Positions 25,528-38,254 of a DNA stretch of 64,000 bases are shown piece after piece; positions within the stretch are counted from its first letter, which is position 1, and each line of letters opens with the position of its first letter. Below the pieces are notes generated by a model. The model had not been told where the DNA came from. It did not search any database and saw nothing but the letters and a program-made list of their open reading frames with translations. The position numbers and the translations under genes were made by a program. Source of the stretch: Selaginella moellendorffii (Eukaryota > Plantae > Lycopodiophyta); NCBI RefSeq assembly GCF_000143415.4, contig NW_003314264.1:277098-341097 (forward strand), written 5' to 3'.

Positions 25528-26851
25528 TCAAGTTTTCTTCCCAGGCTTATTCTTTTTACTGGATGTGGGAACTTCAAGGCCCTTCTGTTTGGCCTTCCTT
25601 GCGAGAACTGCAGGCCTTTTCTTCTTTCTTGCGTCACCCTTTTTGGCGTCTTTGCCTGCCACAGTGAGTCGCTGGGGAAGGGCGCGTCTCTTTTGTCCAG
25701 AACGGCTACCTTCGTAACTCCGAGTCTTCACCTTGCTTTCTGTTGCAGGCTTGTTGTAGCGGCGCCTTGGTTTCGTTGTCTCTTGTTGGCTGCGATTAGA
25801 GACTCGACGAAGCCTCAGCTTCCTGTTGCGCAGCTCAAGAGCACCTCTTTCAAATGTATGCTTGGCATCGTCCTGGAATGCTGAGTGAGGTACAAGTTTT
25901 GAAGGCACAACACGAACCTTGGACTTGAACAGCACAAATGCGAAACCTTTGCCAATGTTGGTCTTCTGATCTCTGACGACACGCACAGCCTCCAGCGCCA
26001 CATCAGGAACAGAAAACAGAGCATAGAGCTCTTCATCCTGGAAGTGTTCACTCATGAGAAGGCAAGATCGTTGCTAAGCCTGTACCTCGACATCCAAAGG
26101 CAGGTTTCCAACAAAGATGGAACGATCCTTATCGTAAGAGACGGCTCCCTTGGACAATTGACTCCGGGCTCCAGCAATGTCCACACGGATGTGTTTGCCT
26201 CGAAACTGCAAAGCTAGATATAAGCCTGGAAAGACTGTGCGGTTTCCTTTGTACCTCGCTCATGTTGTATGTGAGCGCCGCTCTTGCAGAGTCTACGTGT
26301 TTGAAGACAACGTAGGCATTCAAACTGTGGAAGGGAGAGAGAGTATGAGACAGGCAGCAGGGATTGCATACCTGCTTCGGTTGTCGCTGAGGTTGCGAGT
26401 TATGACAGCGCCCCTCCTTGGCATCTTGGTCTGCACAAAGCATCGGAGATATATAAGCTGGTTACACTTTGGATGTCCGGCTCACCGTTCCAACAGGCAC
26501 CGATCGCAAGCGAGCCGACTCGATGGCTCCGAAGCATGACAAGGTCCTAATCAGCACCTTCTTCCTTGTGTCCAGTGGCAGATTACCCACAAATACGGTC
26601 CTCTGCAACTTCTCGTCGCTGTCATAGCGGCATTCCTCGTCTTGTTCCCGCAAGCTAGCATCAGCTTCATCTTCCAGCTGCTCATCATCACACTCATCGC
26701 TATCTTCATCCTCCGTTACCTCTGGTGCTGGCCTTGGCCTCTTTGGCATGCGCGCTGCTTCTCCATCATCCACATCCGCGGCAGCGCGCTTGAATGGATT
26801 GGAGGAGGAGAAGAGCGAGGAGGCGGCGGCACACACCTGTTCGGGCGCCAT
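25528..26851 (-). CDS. RBM34/NOP12-like two-RRM nucleolar protein
   Basis: RTVFVGNLP, ESARLRSVP, NAYVVFK, SIFVGNLPLD, GKGFAFVLF, SYEGSR, basic C-terminus. Confidence 0.88.
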
Positions 26852-26894
26852 CGGGAGGCCTTGCCCTAGTCTGACAAGCCTAGGTCATACTCGT

Positions 26895-28795
26895 ATGGCT
26901 GCTGTGGCCGTGCAGGTGTGGTGTGCGAGCGCCTCGATCGAACAGGGGCTTGGGCGGCGGAGGCAAAACGCCAGCAGCGTCGAGTTTGGCGGCAGTGGTC
27001 AAGAGCTGCTCGGGGCGAGGGCGGCGACACCAGCAAAACCGGAGCAACGGTGGCGCTGGGAGGACATTCTGCTCGTCCACGATGCAAGCGATGAGCTGAA
27101 GCGGTCCATTGTCTCCAAGAGGAAGGTGGCGGCAGCCGCGATGGTGGCAGCGATGCAAGCCGCCAAGTTTGGGCCGACCTTCTCCAACTGCATTGTTGGC
27201 CACCTCTCCCACTTCATGGACACCGTCATCACCAGGGCAGTGGTGCTCAAGCGCGACCCCAGCTACGCTCACCTCTCCTTCGCCACCCGAGCCAGGTACT
27301 GCATTGACAAGTCCCGCGTGGTGCCGCTGATAAGGTGAGCGCAGCCAGCTCTCGGCCTCCCGGCTAGCAGCGCTTAACGCGTCCTTGTCACGTGTAGATG
27401 GCTGCGACACAACAACTTGACGGCCTCCAAGATTGGGGAGCTCATCTGCTACGTCGGGGACGAGGTGGATCACCTCCGCTTGCGGGTGGAGTGGCTCAAG
27501 AATCTTCACGTCAAGGGGAGAGACCTGGGTGCGGTGCTCAGCAAGCAGCCCGCGCTCCTCCTGCGACCTTTCAACGAGCTCAACCACAACGTTGCTCTTC
27601 TGGAGAACGCGGGACTCAAGAGGGAGTGGATGGGACTCGTCTTCACCTTCTCTCCTTCGGTCTTGCTTGAGGATCACGACCAACTCAATCGAAGGATTGG
27701 AATGTTTACCGAGTTAGGAATTGACGAGTACAGCTTTGGAACAATGGCATTCAACTTCCCTCCTATCCTTGGCCGTCTTTCAATCCAGGAGATGGCTGCA
27801 AAGGTTAGTCCCTTCTTTACGTTTTGTATAACCTATCATTCTGGCAGTTGGATTATCTGCGAGGCTTTGGGCTGGGAGACCACACAATCGGAAACATGGT
27901 TGTAACGCGGCCTCATTTACTGGGTGCCAGTGTGGAAGAGTCGTGGCAACCAATTGTCAAGTTCCTGTATTGCCTGGGCATTGAGCGCTCAGGCATCCGA
28001 AGGATTCTGTCCCTCAACCCCTCTGTCCTCTGCCTCGACCTTTCCATAAACATTGTTCCAAAGGTAGCGTGCTTTCTGCCACCTTTACCGGCTCTCACGC
28101 TTAACCATGGAACAGGTCCAGTTTCTGAGAGCCATCGGCGTGCACGAGGAAGTGATTGGGCAGGTGCTCGTTGGCTTCCCGCCGTTGCTCACCGCAAGCC
28201 TCAACAAAAGGATCAGGCCCGTGGTAAGTTTGTGCTGTGGAGTGAGTGGATGGTAGTAAGTGACACGGGTGCCCAACAGGTCCGGTTTCTCCTCGACGAT
28301 GCTGGTGTGAGCGAAGACAAGATTGGCAAGGTGATTGCGGCACAGCCCGAGATCATAGGATGTAGCCTCAACCTCCGGCTGTCGGACAACGTGAGGTTTT
28401 TCATGTCCTTGGGAATACAGAGCCATCAGCTGGGCCAAATGATCGCAGACTTCCCCATGCTTGTCAAGTACAATCCAGCGGTTCTTGAGCCCAAGTATCT
28501 CTACCTCAAACGTGTAATGCGACGGCGGCTAGAGGAGGCGATCAAGTTTCCCAGGTACATGTGTATAAAAGCAACGTCAAGCTTGGCTTGGCTGACTCAG
28601 TTTCTCAGGTTCTTCAGCTACGCTCTAGAGTCGAGGATAGTTGCGAGGCATGAGCTGCTGGAGAGCAAGGGCCTGCAGTTTAGGCTCAAGCAGATGCTAG
28701 CTTGCAGCGACGAAGAGTTTGGACGCAAGGTGTACGCTGCGGAGCGAGGCCTTGTGGAGAGAGAGACAAGCGACAGTGATGATATTAGGGCTTGA
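26895..28795 (+). CDS. mTERF2: Plastid mTERF2-like protein
   Basis: Transit peptide, SRVVPLIRWLRHN, tandem mTERF repeats, FPRFFSYALESRI, MLACSDEEF. Confidence 0.87.
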
Positions 28796-28801
28796 GGTGA
28801 G

Positions 28802-30151
28802 ATGGCCTGCCCGTTTGGTGGAGCGACTCACGAGGTGAGCGACAGCAGCCCCAAGTGCCCACTTGGCTACGACACTGCCTCGTTCAAGCTCGGCCCCTTG
28901 AGCTGCCTAGTGTGCCGGGCTCTCCTCTTCAAGGCCGCGCGCTGCCTTCCCTGCCGCCATGTCTTTTGCAGGTAAAACACAGACGAGACGAGAAATTTGT
29001 GAATGGTTTTGGTCTCGTGGCAGCGCTTGCATTGCCCGCTTCAGCGACTGCCCCCTGTGTGGTGTCGACATAAGCGGGCTTGAGGAGGATGGCGAGCTGC
29101 AGAAGCTGGTTGACCAGTTCATTCAGGGACACGCCAGGGTACGGAGGCAGCAGCAGCAGCAGCAGCAAGAAGAGGGGCCTGTGGTTTACGAGGACGCCAG
29201 CCTCGCCAGGGGAAGCTTTCTCCTCCAGCATGCCATGCGAGTGTGGTGGTTTGTTTTTTGCATCGAGCCATTGATGGATTCGCGTCTCGACGATGCAGGC
29301 CTTTCAAGCGCAAAACCTGGAGAGCTCCAAGGCTAGACTGGACCTTTGTGTCGAGGACACGAGGGAGATGATGGAGACCAAAGGGGCCTCGGCGGAGGTG
29401 TGCTCGCAACATGGTGCTGTTCTTGGTTTATTGGGCGACTGCCTGTAAGTTGAAGGCTTGCATGCAAGCATGGCTGCTTGTGATTCCATGGGAGCGTTTT
29501 GTGTGTAGGCGAGCCATGGGAGATTTGGATGGCGCGATGGACAAGTACGCAGAGAGTGTGAGCGTCCTCCAAGCCATAACTGGCGTCGACGTGAATGCGG
29601 AAGTGAGCTTTTCCCCACGTTTGTATTTAACTGAGCTCTCGCTCGTAATGCACAGATTGTTCATGCATTGTCGGTGTCCCTTAACAAGCTGGGTGATCTC
29701 AAGTACTACGCGGACGATCTCGAGTGCGCCCTGGCCTTGTACAAGCAGGCGCTACAAGTCCGAGACAGGGCTCAAGCTGGCCGGAACGACTTGTCAGCAG
29801 AGGTACGTCAAGATAAGGGCTCGTGCCTTTTAACGTTGGCGTCTGTGTGTGTGCAGAGCATCGACGTGGTTGTGTCGTTGGCCAAGGTTGCAGATGTGCA
29901 GCGTGCCATGGGACGAGACAGCGAGGCGGCGGAGGGATTTGCCGCCGCCATCACCAGGATGGAGCACCTCACCTGTCCGCCGTCGCCACGGGATGAATCT
30001 CTGAATAAACGGGTACGACTTACTATTTGTGTCCCAAGCTCACTTCTTGTTCCACGCACAGCGGGCTTCCGTTCTCGGCTTCCTCCATGCCCAGCAGCAG
30101 CAGCAGCAGCAGGAGACGAAGGCGAAGAAGAAACAAGCACAAGCTCCTTGA
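28802..30151 (+). CDS. NCA1: NCA1 RING-TPR catalase chaperone
   Basis: KCPLGYDTASFKLGPLSCLVC, PCRHVFC, DCPLCG, VDQFIQGHARV, SVSLNKLGDLKYY, SLAKVADV. Confidence 0.9.
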
Positions 30152-30504
30152 TTCGAATTTCTCTCATTTTCAATAATAAATAGCGCGTGTAGTAAAAAGA
30201 AAAAGGGTGTCCGGAATCGAACCCCAGACGCAAAAGGGAGCTTTAAGCGTGTATATATAATTCCCCTGTTTCTCTCTCTCTGCGCTGTGCGGCGGAGCTC
30301 CTGGATCGGGGCGGCGGTTTTTGGATCGGATCGGATTGCGGATCTATACCACCCTTTGCTGCCGCCACATCCATCCAGCCTTTGGGTATGCTCATTCTCA
30401 TGGATCGCACCACTTGATTGTGACTCCGTGTGTTGTGTGACAGATTCGAGGATTGGGGCCTGGGCAGCTGACTTCCACGAGATCGGTTGCTGAATCCGCA
30501 AAGT

Positions 30505-33500
30505 ATGGCGGGATGGTTCAAGGGGACGGTCAAGGCTGTGCCATCCGGGGATTCTCTGGTGATCATGGGAACCGCCAAGGAAGGAATCCCGCCAGAAAAG
30601 TCCATCACGCTTTCCTCGCTCATGGCTCCAAGGCTGGTGAGTGCAAATTCTGGTTTTGCAGGCAGTGATCCGGTCTCATGCCTTTTGCTGGCTTGGCAGG
30701 CCCGAAGGGACACCAGCGATGAGCCTTTCGCATGGGACAGCCGGGAGTTTCTCAGGAACAAATGCATCGGGAAGGTTTGTGTTCATGCTCGCCACTCCCT
30801 ACCACTTCTCTCACGCTCGTGGTCGTGGCCATCTAGGAGGTGACTTTTAAGGTGGACTATGCCGTTGCAAACCTCAACAACAGAGAATTTGGCTCTGTGT
30901 TTATGGATGACGCCAACGTCGCGCTTGCCGTTGCCAGCGCTGGATGGGCCAAGGTACAGGTGATGCAAACCTTTGCTTAGATCTGCCATCGTTCCTGCAG
31001 GTCCGACAAGGTGCAGAGAAGAGTCCTTTTATCGAGGAACTCCTCAAGGCTGAAGAACAAGCACGGCAGCAGGGCCTTGGAATATGGAACAAGGTACGAA
31101 ATGGAGGAGGTTGCGCCCCACCCTGACTATAAGCTTGTCACCTGTGTTGCAGGAAGCTGGCGAGCGATCCATACGCTCAATCCCCCCATCTGCAATCGGT
31201 GACACGTCCACCTTTGATGCCCGTGCTCTCCTTGAGTCCAGCAAGGGGAAGCCTCTTCGGGCATTTGTGGAGCAAGTGAGGGACGGGAGCTCATTCCGGG
31301 TCTATTTACTCCCAAGCTTTCAGTTTGTACAGGTGCATCTAGCTGGAGTTCAGGTATGCACCAATCCTTTCCTTCTTCCTTTTTTTTTTCTTAGCAGTCG
31401 CTCTCAGGCTCCGTCAATGGGAAGACGGGTGGCTCCGGCCAGTGCGGGAGGTGGCGGAGATGCCAAAGACGCGGAAAACGGAGAGGCAGGAGAGGGAGCA
31501 GCGGCACCAACGACACTTACCACTGCTCAGAAGCTGGCAGCGTCCACCAACCTGGAAGCTCCCGAGGAATGGGCAAGAGAGGCAAAGCACTTCACGGAGT
31601 GCAGGATCTTGCATAGAGAAGTATGCTCTCTTCTTCAACTTGATTCATCCCCTGATTAATCCTTGTGTGGCAGGTTATAATCGTCTTGGAAGGGACGGAC
31701 AAGTTCAACACCTTGTTTGGGTCTGTCAAATACAAAGAGACTGTAGACCTTGCCTTGGAACTCTTGCAACAGGTAGACTCCTGCTCCACTCTTGAGTCCT
31801 TGACCATTGCGAGGATTGCAGGGCCTGGCTAAGTACGCCGAATGGAGTGCCAACATGCTGGAAGAAGACGAGAAGCGCCGCCTCAAAGCTGCTGAACTGC
31901 AAGCCAAGAAGGACAGGCTCCGGCTGTTTGCTGGATTCGTCCCGCAGATCAATACCAAGGCCATCAAGAACGATGTCTTCACTGGACAGGTACCTTGTTG
32001 TTGCTCTTGGTGTTTTTGAGCTAAACTCGCGCGCTCCCAGGTGATAGAGGTGACGAGCGCCGACTGCATCGTTGTCGCCGATGACGCGATCCCGCTGGGA
32101 AGACCGAATTGGGACCGTCGTGTTAATCTGTCGAGTATTCAGGCACCCAAGAGAACTGATGCGGAAGCGCGCTTCAGGGAGGCCAAGGAGTTCCTCCGCT
32201 CCCGCCTTATCGGGCAGCAGGTTGGTTTGGCGCGCTCTTTTGTTTGTTTCTCTCTCAACCCGCTGCTTGCATGGTTCAGGTGCGTGTGTTTATGGAGTAC
32301 TCCCGGACCATTACCACCGATTCCGAGGCCGGAGGGACCCGGCTTCTTGAGTTTGGTTCCGTGTTCTTGTCGTCGGCTCCCCAGGGCGCCGAGGTGTTTG
32401 AGCCGCCGCTGCCCGGGCAACCCGAGGGCTTTAACGTGGCAGAGCTGGTGCTGGCCAATGGACACGCTCAGGTTGTGCGGCACAGAGATTTTGATGATCG
32501 CTCGCATTATTACGACAACTTAGTCGCTGCCGAGAGAAAATCTCAGAAGCCCGGGAAGAAAGGAACGCCTCCCAGTGCGCCAGCCCATATCAACGATTTG
32601 ACTATGGTTCCGACTCAGGTATGGTCAAAACCCTGTATAGTGTTCGGCCTTAACGCTCCGTCTTTCTGCAGACAAGCAAAGCCAAGCAGACGTTACAGGC
32701 CAAGCAGGCCTTGCTTGCGAGCAAGGCCAGGCAGTTCTTGCCATTCCTCCAGAGAGCAAGGCGGCTGTCTGCAGTTGTGGACTTCGTACTGAGTGGTCAT
32801 CGGTACAAGCTGTTTGTTCCCAAAGAGACATGCTTGATATTCTTTTCACTCTCGGGAGTGAGGTGTCCTGGGAAAGGCGAGCCTTATTCAGACGAAGCGC
32901 TCGCTTTCATGCGGCGACGGGTGTCACAGCGCGACGTTGAGGTGCGTACGTGGTGCTCTTTGTCCGCCTTAATGTTTTAGCTTTCGCCAGATTGAAGTAG
33001 AGACAGCGGATAGAACTGGAACTTTCCTTGGTAGCCTTTACGAGGGGAAAGTAAACGTCGGTATCGGTCTCTTGGAAGCAGGGCTGGCTAAGCTGCAGCC
33101 AGGTTTCGCGGAGAGGATCACGGATGGCCATCTCCTCATGCAGGCCGAAGAGCATGCGAGAACGCAACGTCTCAAGGTTTGTGGCATGAACAAGCTCAAA
33201 AGTTGGTCTGACTAGGTTCTGTAGATCTGGGAGAATGTTAGCGACGATGGAGAATCCGAGAAGCAATCGACGGACAAGCCTTCCAAGCAAGAAGTCTTGC
33301 AGGTAACTCTTGTTGTTTTCGACGTAACAATAAACTTCTCTAGTTTCAGGTGCAAGTTACGCAAGTGCTGGCTGGCGGATCATTTTATGTGCAAGAAGTG
33401 AGCGATACCCGGGCGTCCAGCATTCAGCAGCAACTTGAATCGTTGAGCCTTTCTGAAAAGGCAGCCCCCGCGGGTTTTACTCCGGAAAGGGGACAGCTAG

Positions 33501-34214
33501 TACTGGCTAACTATGACGGTGCTTGGTATCGTGGCCTGGTGAGTCCACTTTTGTGTGGTTTCTTGGCATATAATCAGAGCTGAGCTGATTATAACGGCTT
33601 GTGTTTCAGGTTGTGAACGCTCCAAAGGCTGGCAAGGGTGAATACGAGGTGTTTTATATCGACTATGGAAACCAGGAAGTGGTTCCTTTGTCTCAACTGA
33701 GGCCCATTGACCCCTCGGTGGCTGGGACGCCAGGCCTGGCGCAGTGGTGCAGCCTTGCCCACGTCAGAGTACCCGGTGAAGGAGAGGAATTTTGCGAAGA
33801 GGCGGCCGAGTTTATCTGCACAAGCAAGACGATGATGGCCAAGGTGGAGGGACGGGACGCGTCCGGCGGCAAGGTCAAAGGCCAGGGAAGTGGGACGCGG
33901 CTCATTGTGACGCTAGTGGACGTTGACACGAGCATGAGCGTGAATGCGGGGCTTTTGGAGGTGAGTGGACTCAGGTCCATTGACAAGAGGCATTGTTCTG
34001 ATTGATTTGTGCTTGTGGTGGACAGGCTGGGCTTGCGAGGGTGGATAAGGCTGGCAAGTGGGACAGCAAGGAGAAGAGGGCCGCCTTGGAGGTGTTGGCG
34101 GAGCACCAAGAGAAAGCTCGCAAGGCGAGATTGAACATCTGGCAGTATGGTGATGTGGATGGAAGCGACGACGAAGATAAGGGACCGGGAGCACGTAGAG
34201 GAGGACGCAAGTAA
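30505..34214 (+). CDS. TSN: Tudor-SN ribonuclease
   Basis: [31 protein letters not shown] repeats, Tudor ([14 protein letters not shown]), NIWQYGD. Confidence 0.95.
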
Positions 34215-34279
34215 GTCCACCCTCGAGGATTTGAGAGTCATTTTTGTAGATTGCATTGATTGATTGATTGATTGATATG

Positions 34280-35800
34280 GAAATTGCCATGTAGCAAGAT
34301 TTCTATCCACAAGCCTCGCAGAGAGCCAAGCAGCACAGTTATCTCTGCAGCTTGCATTACAAGCATCAGAGGTCGTTTCTCGGCTGAAATCATTCACGTT
34401 GATCAGAGTCTCTCCCTCACATGAAAGAAACATCTCGCAAGCAATGTCTATAACCGATCCATTCTACCTGATACTAGCATCCAGCCTCTTGATTCGCGCA
34501 AGGAATGGACAATCCGCCTTGATAGTTTTAATCAAAACACCCAGTTTGTCAGAACATTAAACCTGTCCCTGTCCCTGCCTTCAGTGGACGATCCACCTTG
34601 AGGCACTCGGTTTGTTGCTAAGAGCACCAAGTTGTTCCTAACGATAACAAGAAAACAAACAGATTTGAAAAACTTGTTTGAAAACCATAACTAAAGCTTG
34701 TACATACTCACAAAACCCCCTTCGTTGCAGCAGAGATTCGCAGATTCAGACAGTGAAGAGAGTTACTCAATTGTGGGAAGAGCATTGCAACAGCCTCATC
34801 ATCAATAAATTTGCACCCAAAAAAAAGATGGAACGCAATAAACCTGGGAATATATAGAAATCCTTGGTCATGGAGAAAAATATGAATGGAAAAGGTGCAT
34901 GGAACTAGCTAGACTCAAAACCTAGAGTTTGTTGCATCCTTCTGATTCCTTTGTCTTGCACATAATATAGACCATTCAAACTGTTTTAGGGCTTATGTGG
35001 AAATATAAATTGGTTTGTTTGATTGAGTTTAAATCAGGTGGTACTGTACAGGGACCCTGTCCGAAGGCAAACTTTCTCAAGTTTCGGAAGAGCAGATGGA
35101 ATTTTACAAACAGCCCTCTTTCTAGCTGCAAAAGAACAACAAATGCGTTTCTTCAATACACATAAAACCAAGGAAAATGGAAGTATACCTTTTCAAGAAC
35201 CTTGAGATTGGAGCATGTTTTACAGATTGCTTGCCATGTCCCACTAAACGTAGACTCCGCATGGAGGGCTTGGTGCTATTATCTTTGATCAACTTCCAAG
35301 GTGTGGAGCTATGATATGCAACACTCCAGGAGAGAAACAGAGCTTGAGAGACGTGAGAGAAGTTGGCATTGGGCTGTAGAAGCTGCTCGATTATCAACAG
35401 ATGGGATGCCACAACACAAAGATCCGAGAGGTTTGAGTAGCTTTTGAAGATATCATTGACATGCTCCTAACCCAAGTCATTGCTCGTGGTGAGGGGCTTT
35501 TAAGCGCGACTCCAAAGTCACTGCTAAGTCACACTCACACCCAAAAGCTCCAGTGTGTGAAGAAGAGGACATTGAGAAGGCACGGCAAGGAGAAAACTAG
35601 ACAAATCCTGATAATCTCTAGGCTGTGGAGAGGAGCTCGATGAGATCTGAGCATCGAAAATCGTGGCTGAGAGGTGGCAAAGATGAGGAATGGTGGAGAC
35701 AGTAGAGACGATCTTCTCTGCGTTCTGGATAAGATAATAGGCAAGGAGATAGAGAAAAAGCGCGAGAAGAACCACATACCGCGGAAAAGTAATGCTTGTG
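34280..35800 (-). pseudogene. Possible decayed RNI-like/F-box-associated LRR gene
   Basis: Fragments SQCPLLHTLELLG, CCIS*LHTLEVD and ADCPFLARI are separated by stops and frameshifts. Confidence 0.25.
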
Positions 35801-36873
35801 ACGGTCGATGGGTGCTTGCGAGCTGGTTTGATGACGTCTTTTGGTTTCAGCCAGACCTGATCATCCAGCCACCGAGAGAAGTCACTGAAAGTATCGAGAA
35901 GAATGATCAGCTCTAATTACATTCTTTACTTACATGAGATTGGCACAAGCGCTTCCCACAAACGCAGCCCCGGTGAGGAGCTCCCTCGTTGGAATGCAAT
36001 CGAAAATGTGGTCGTCATCAAGGTCGCCCGTGGTGGCATCGTCCTCACCATCACCGTCACCCGGAGCTTCCCCATTTTGCTATTTATAAACCAGGTTAAC
36101 GAAGGGCAAAAAAGTGTCCAGGGGGCAATGTGGATCTTGCCCATTCATGAGGCGATGGGGAGGAGGAGCTGCCATCCAGAAAGATTTGCAGGTATGGAAA
36201 TGTATAGAAAGTGCAGTGGCACGGCAGATGCCTTGGATGGAAGATCACAATGTTTTCTCTTGCAACTGGCATTTACCCAGAACAGGCAGTTGTGACATCT
36301 AGCAAATGCTCAACGATGGCAAGCATCTTATTGCATTATATTGATGGTATTTATTAAATTAAATCTGACTAAAATCCATGTGCTAGTTGTCACTACTCTC
36401 TAACCCAATAGCAATGTTGGTGAAGATTGGACTTAATGGGGATCAAATAAGGGATATTAGGTTTTTTATGTCTTATAATATTTTAAAAATGTTAAAGAGT
36501 GGTTATAAAGTGATCACTCATAGATGAATGGTTTAGTTTTAAAGAGATGGGATCATGGTATATGTGGTATTGGAATACCAATAAAATAGTGAAAATGGAC
36601 ATGGCCTTAGTAAAAGAAATTAAAATATTAGTGGTACTTTTGAGTTTTTGATATAGGACTTAGACAAAATACTTAGGTGCAAAGTCATTATAGCTTTGAG
36701 TTCATTTCTAGGGACTTATCTAATACCTCAAGTTGGGATGAAGATCTTTAGAGATTGTGAATGAGATTTTTCTAAGTGGTTAAAGATGATTAAATTATTA
36801 TAAAGTAAAGTGGAAAATTTAATTATTTAAAACTTAGTATTAAAGTTATTCTTTAGTGTAACTTTTATTAGTG

Positions 36874-37369
36874 TGTACATAACTAAAGGGAATGATTCAA
36901 AAGATGATCTATAAAAGTTCAAATATAAAGGGAAAAGGCTTATAAATAGGAGTGCACCCTCTTTTTTTCAATCGGTTAAAGGTTTTGGGATACTTAGATT
37001 AAACATTCTTGGGTTTAAATACTATTAAGCTTAGTGATTTTTTGGGAAGTCTAAATTCAAAAGTTTATATTTAGTCTTAAATAGGTCTTAGGTCTAATTA
37101 TGTTAGTTGAATAAGAGAATCATACCATATATTGAAATAGACATTTGGTAAGTTTAGTTTGATTAGTAGATTGTAAGTAACCAAGATAATTCATATAAGT
37201 TCAAATATAAAAGAAAAGGCTTATGAACAAATTTGCATCCCTTTTTCTAATCGGTTAAGGGCCTTAGGATATTTGGGGTTAAAGCATTTTTGGGTTTGAA
37301 TAACACTGTAAACAACCAAAAAGAACGATCTAGGTTAGATAACCTTTTGGGCAAATTCAAGAGCTTACA
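36874..37369 (+). mobile_element. Decayed Cassandra-like TRIM: LTR 36874-37069, ~100-bp internal domain, LTR 37172-37369
   Basis: Both LTRs align to the copies at 1-143 and 3025-3218. The internal AGAATCATACCAT...GACATTTGGTAAGTTTAGTTTG matches ~2872-2917. Confidence 0.6.
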
Positions 37370-37599
37370 TAGTAGTTAACTATATCACTACTTGATATTG
37401 ACATCTGAAAGAAGAGGGTAGGATAAAGATGATACTCATGAATTTGAAATTGGAGTTGATGACCGTGGATGGTTGTAAATCATAAATTTCTCCTTTCGAA
37501 TTTGTTACCTTACCTCATCTATACAACCACCATTGTTTTAATTTTAATTAAATTCCCTTACCAAAGTTCCTGCCTATAGTATTAACTCCTACTTAATTC

Positions 37600-38254
37600 T
37601 ACTTAGTTTCAACTACTCACTATATAAGCAACAAAATGTTAGTTATCCATCCACAGGTTCCCAAATTCTCTCCTAATCCCCCTCCCCAAACTAGATTGGA
37701 TTTAAAGTTCAATTATATTCCCGTAGGTATAAGTAGCTAAGCACACTAGACCTCTAGGTTCCTAATCTCCCTTGGTACAACAAGGCTTGATTATGAGACC
37801 TTCTAAATACTAAGTTTTGGGTGCATCTTTTGCTTTGAAACCCCGAGGGGAAACATCATGACCTAACGGCTTGGTACCTTAACCCTAGTCCCAACCTCAA
37901 ATCAATTTAGAAGCACCATTAGAGAGTTCCTTCAAGATTGGGTTTTGGACCTCATTACCCCTATTGTACTTTTGGAACCCCCTGCAGCCCCCCACAACCT
38001 GTATTAGTTTTGGATTTGGTCTCAGCATTGCCTTCAACTTGATTTCGGACTCAATCTCAAATTCAATCTGGGAGTCGGTTTTGGACACAATTTCGGACTT
38101 AGTCTTATCAAATGAACTCTTTATCATTTCGATCTTGATTTCAATGATCCTTTAGCCTATAACATTTATAGAAGAAATTTGATGCCCATATTGTACATTT
38201 CTATTTAATCCTTTAACTTGTTGACCATGTTTCTGTGAGACATAAAATCCCTAG
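37600..38254. mobile_element. Older degenerate LTR relative plus a 21-bp LTR 5' terminus (38234-38254)
   Basis: CCCTATTGTACTTTTGGAACC and a decayed TCGGACT array resemble 39180-39760. TGTGAGACATAAAATCCCTAG matches the family LTR start. Confidence 0.55.

Noticed and set aside
34255-34275. (GATT)n and (CAG)n microsatellites (also ~29147 and ~30092)
   Set aside because: Ordinary short simple repeats.
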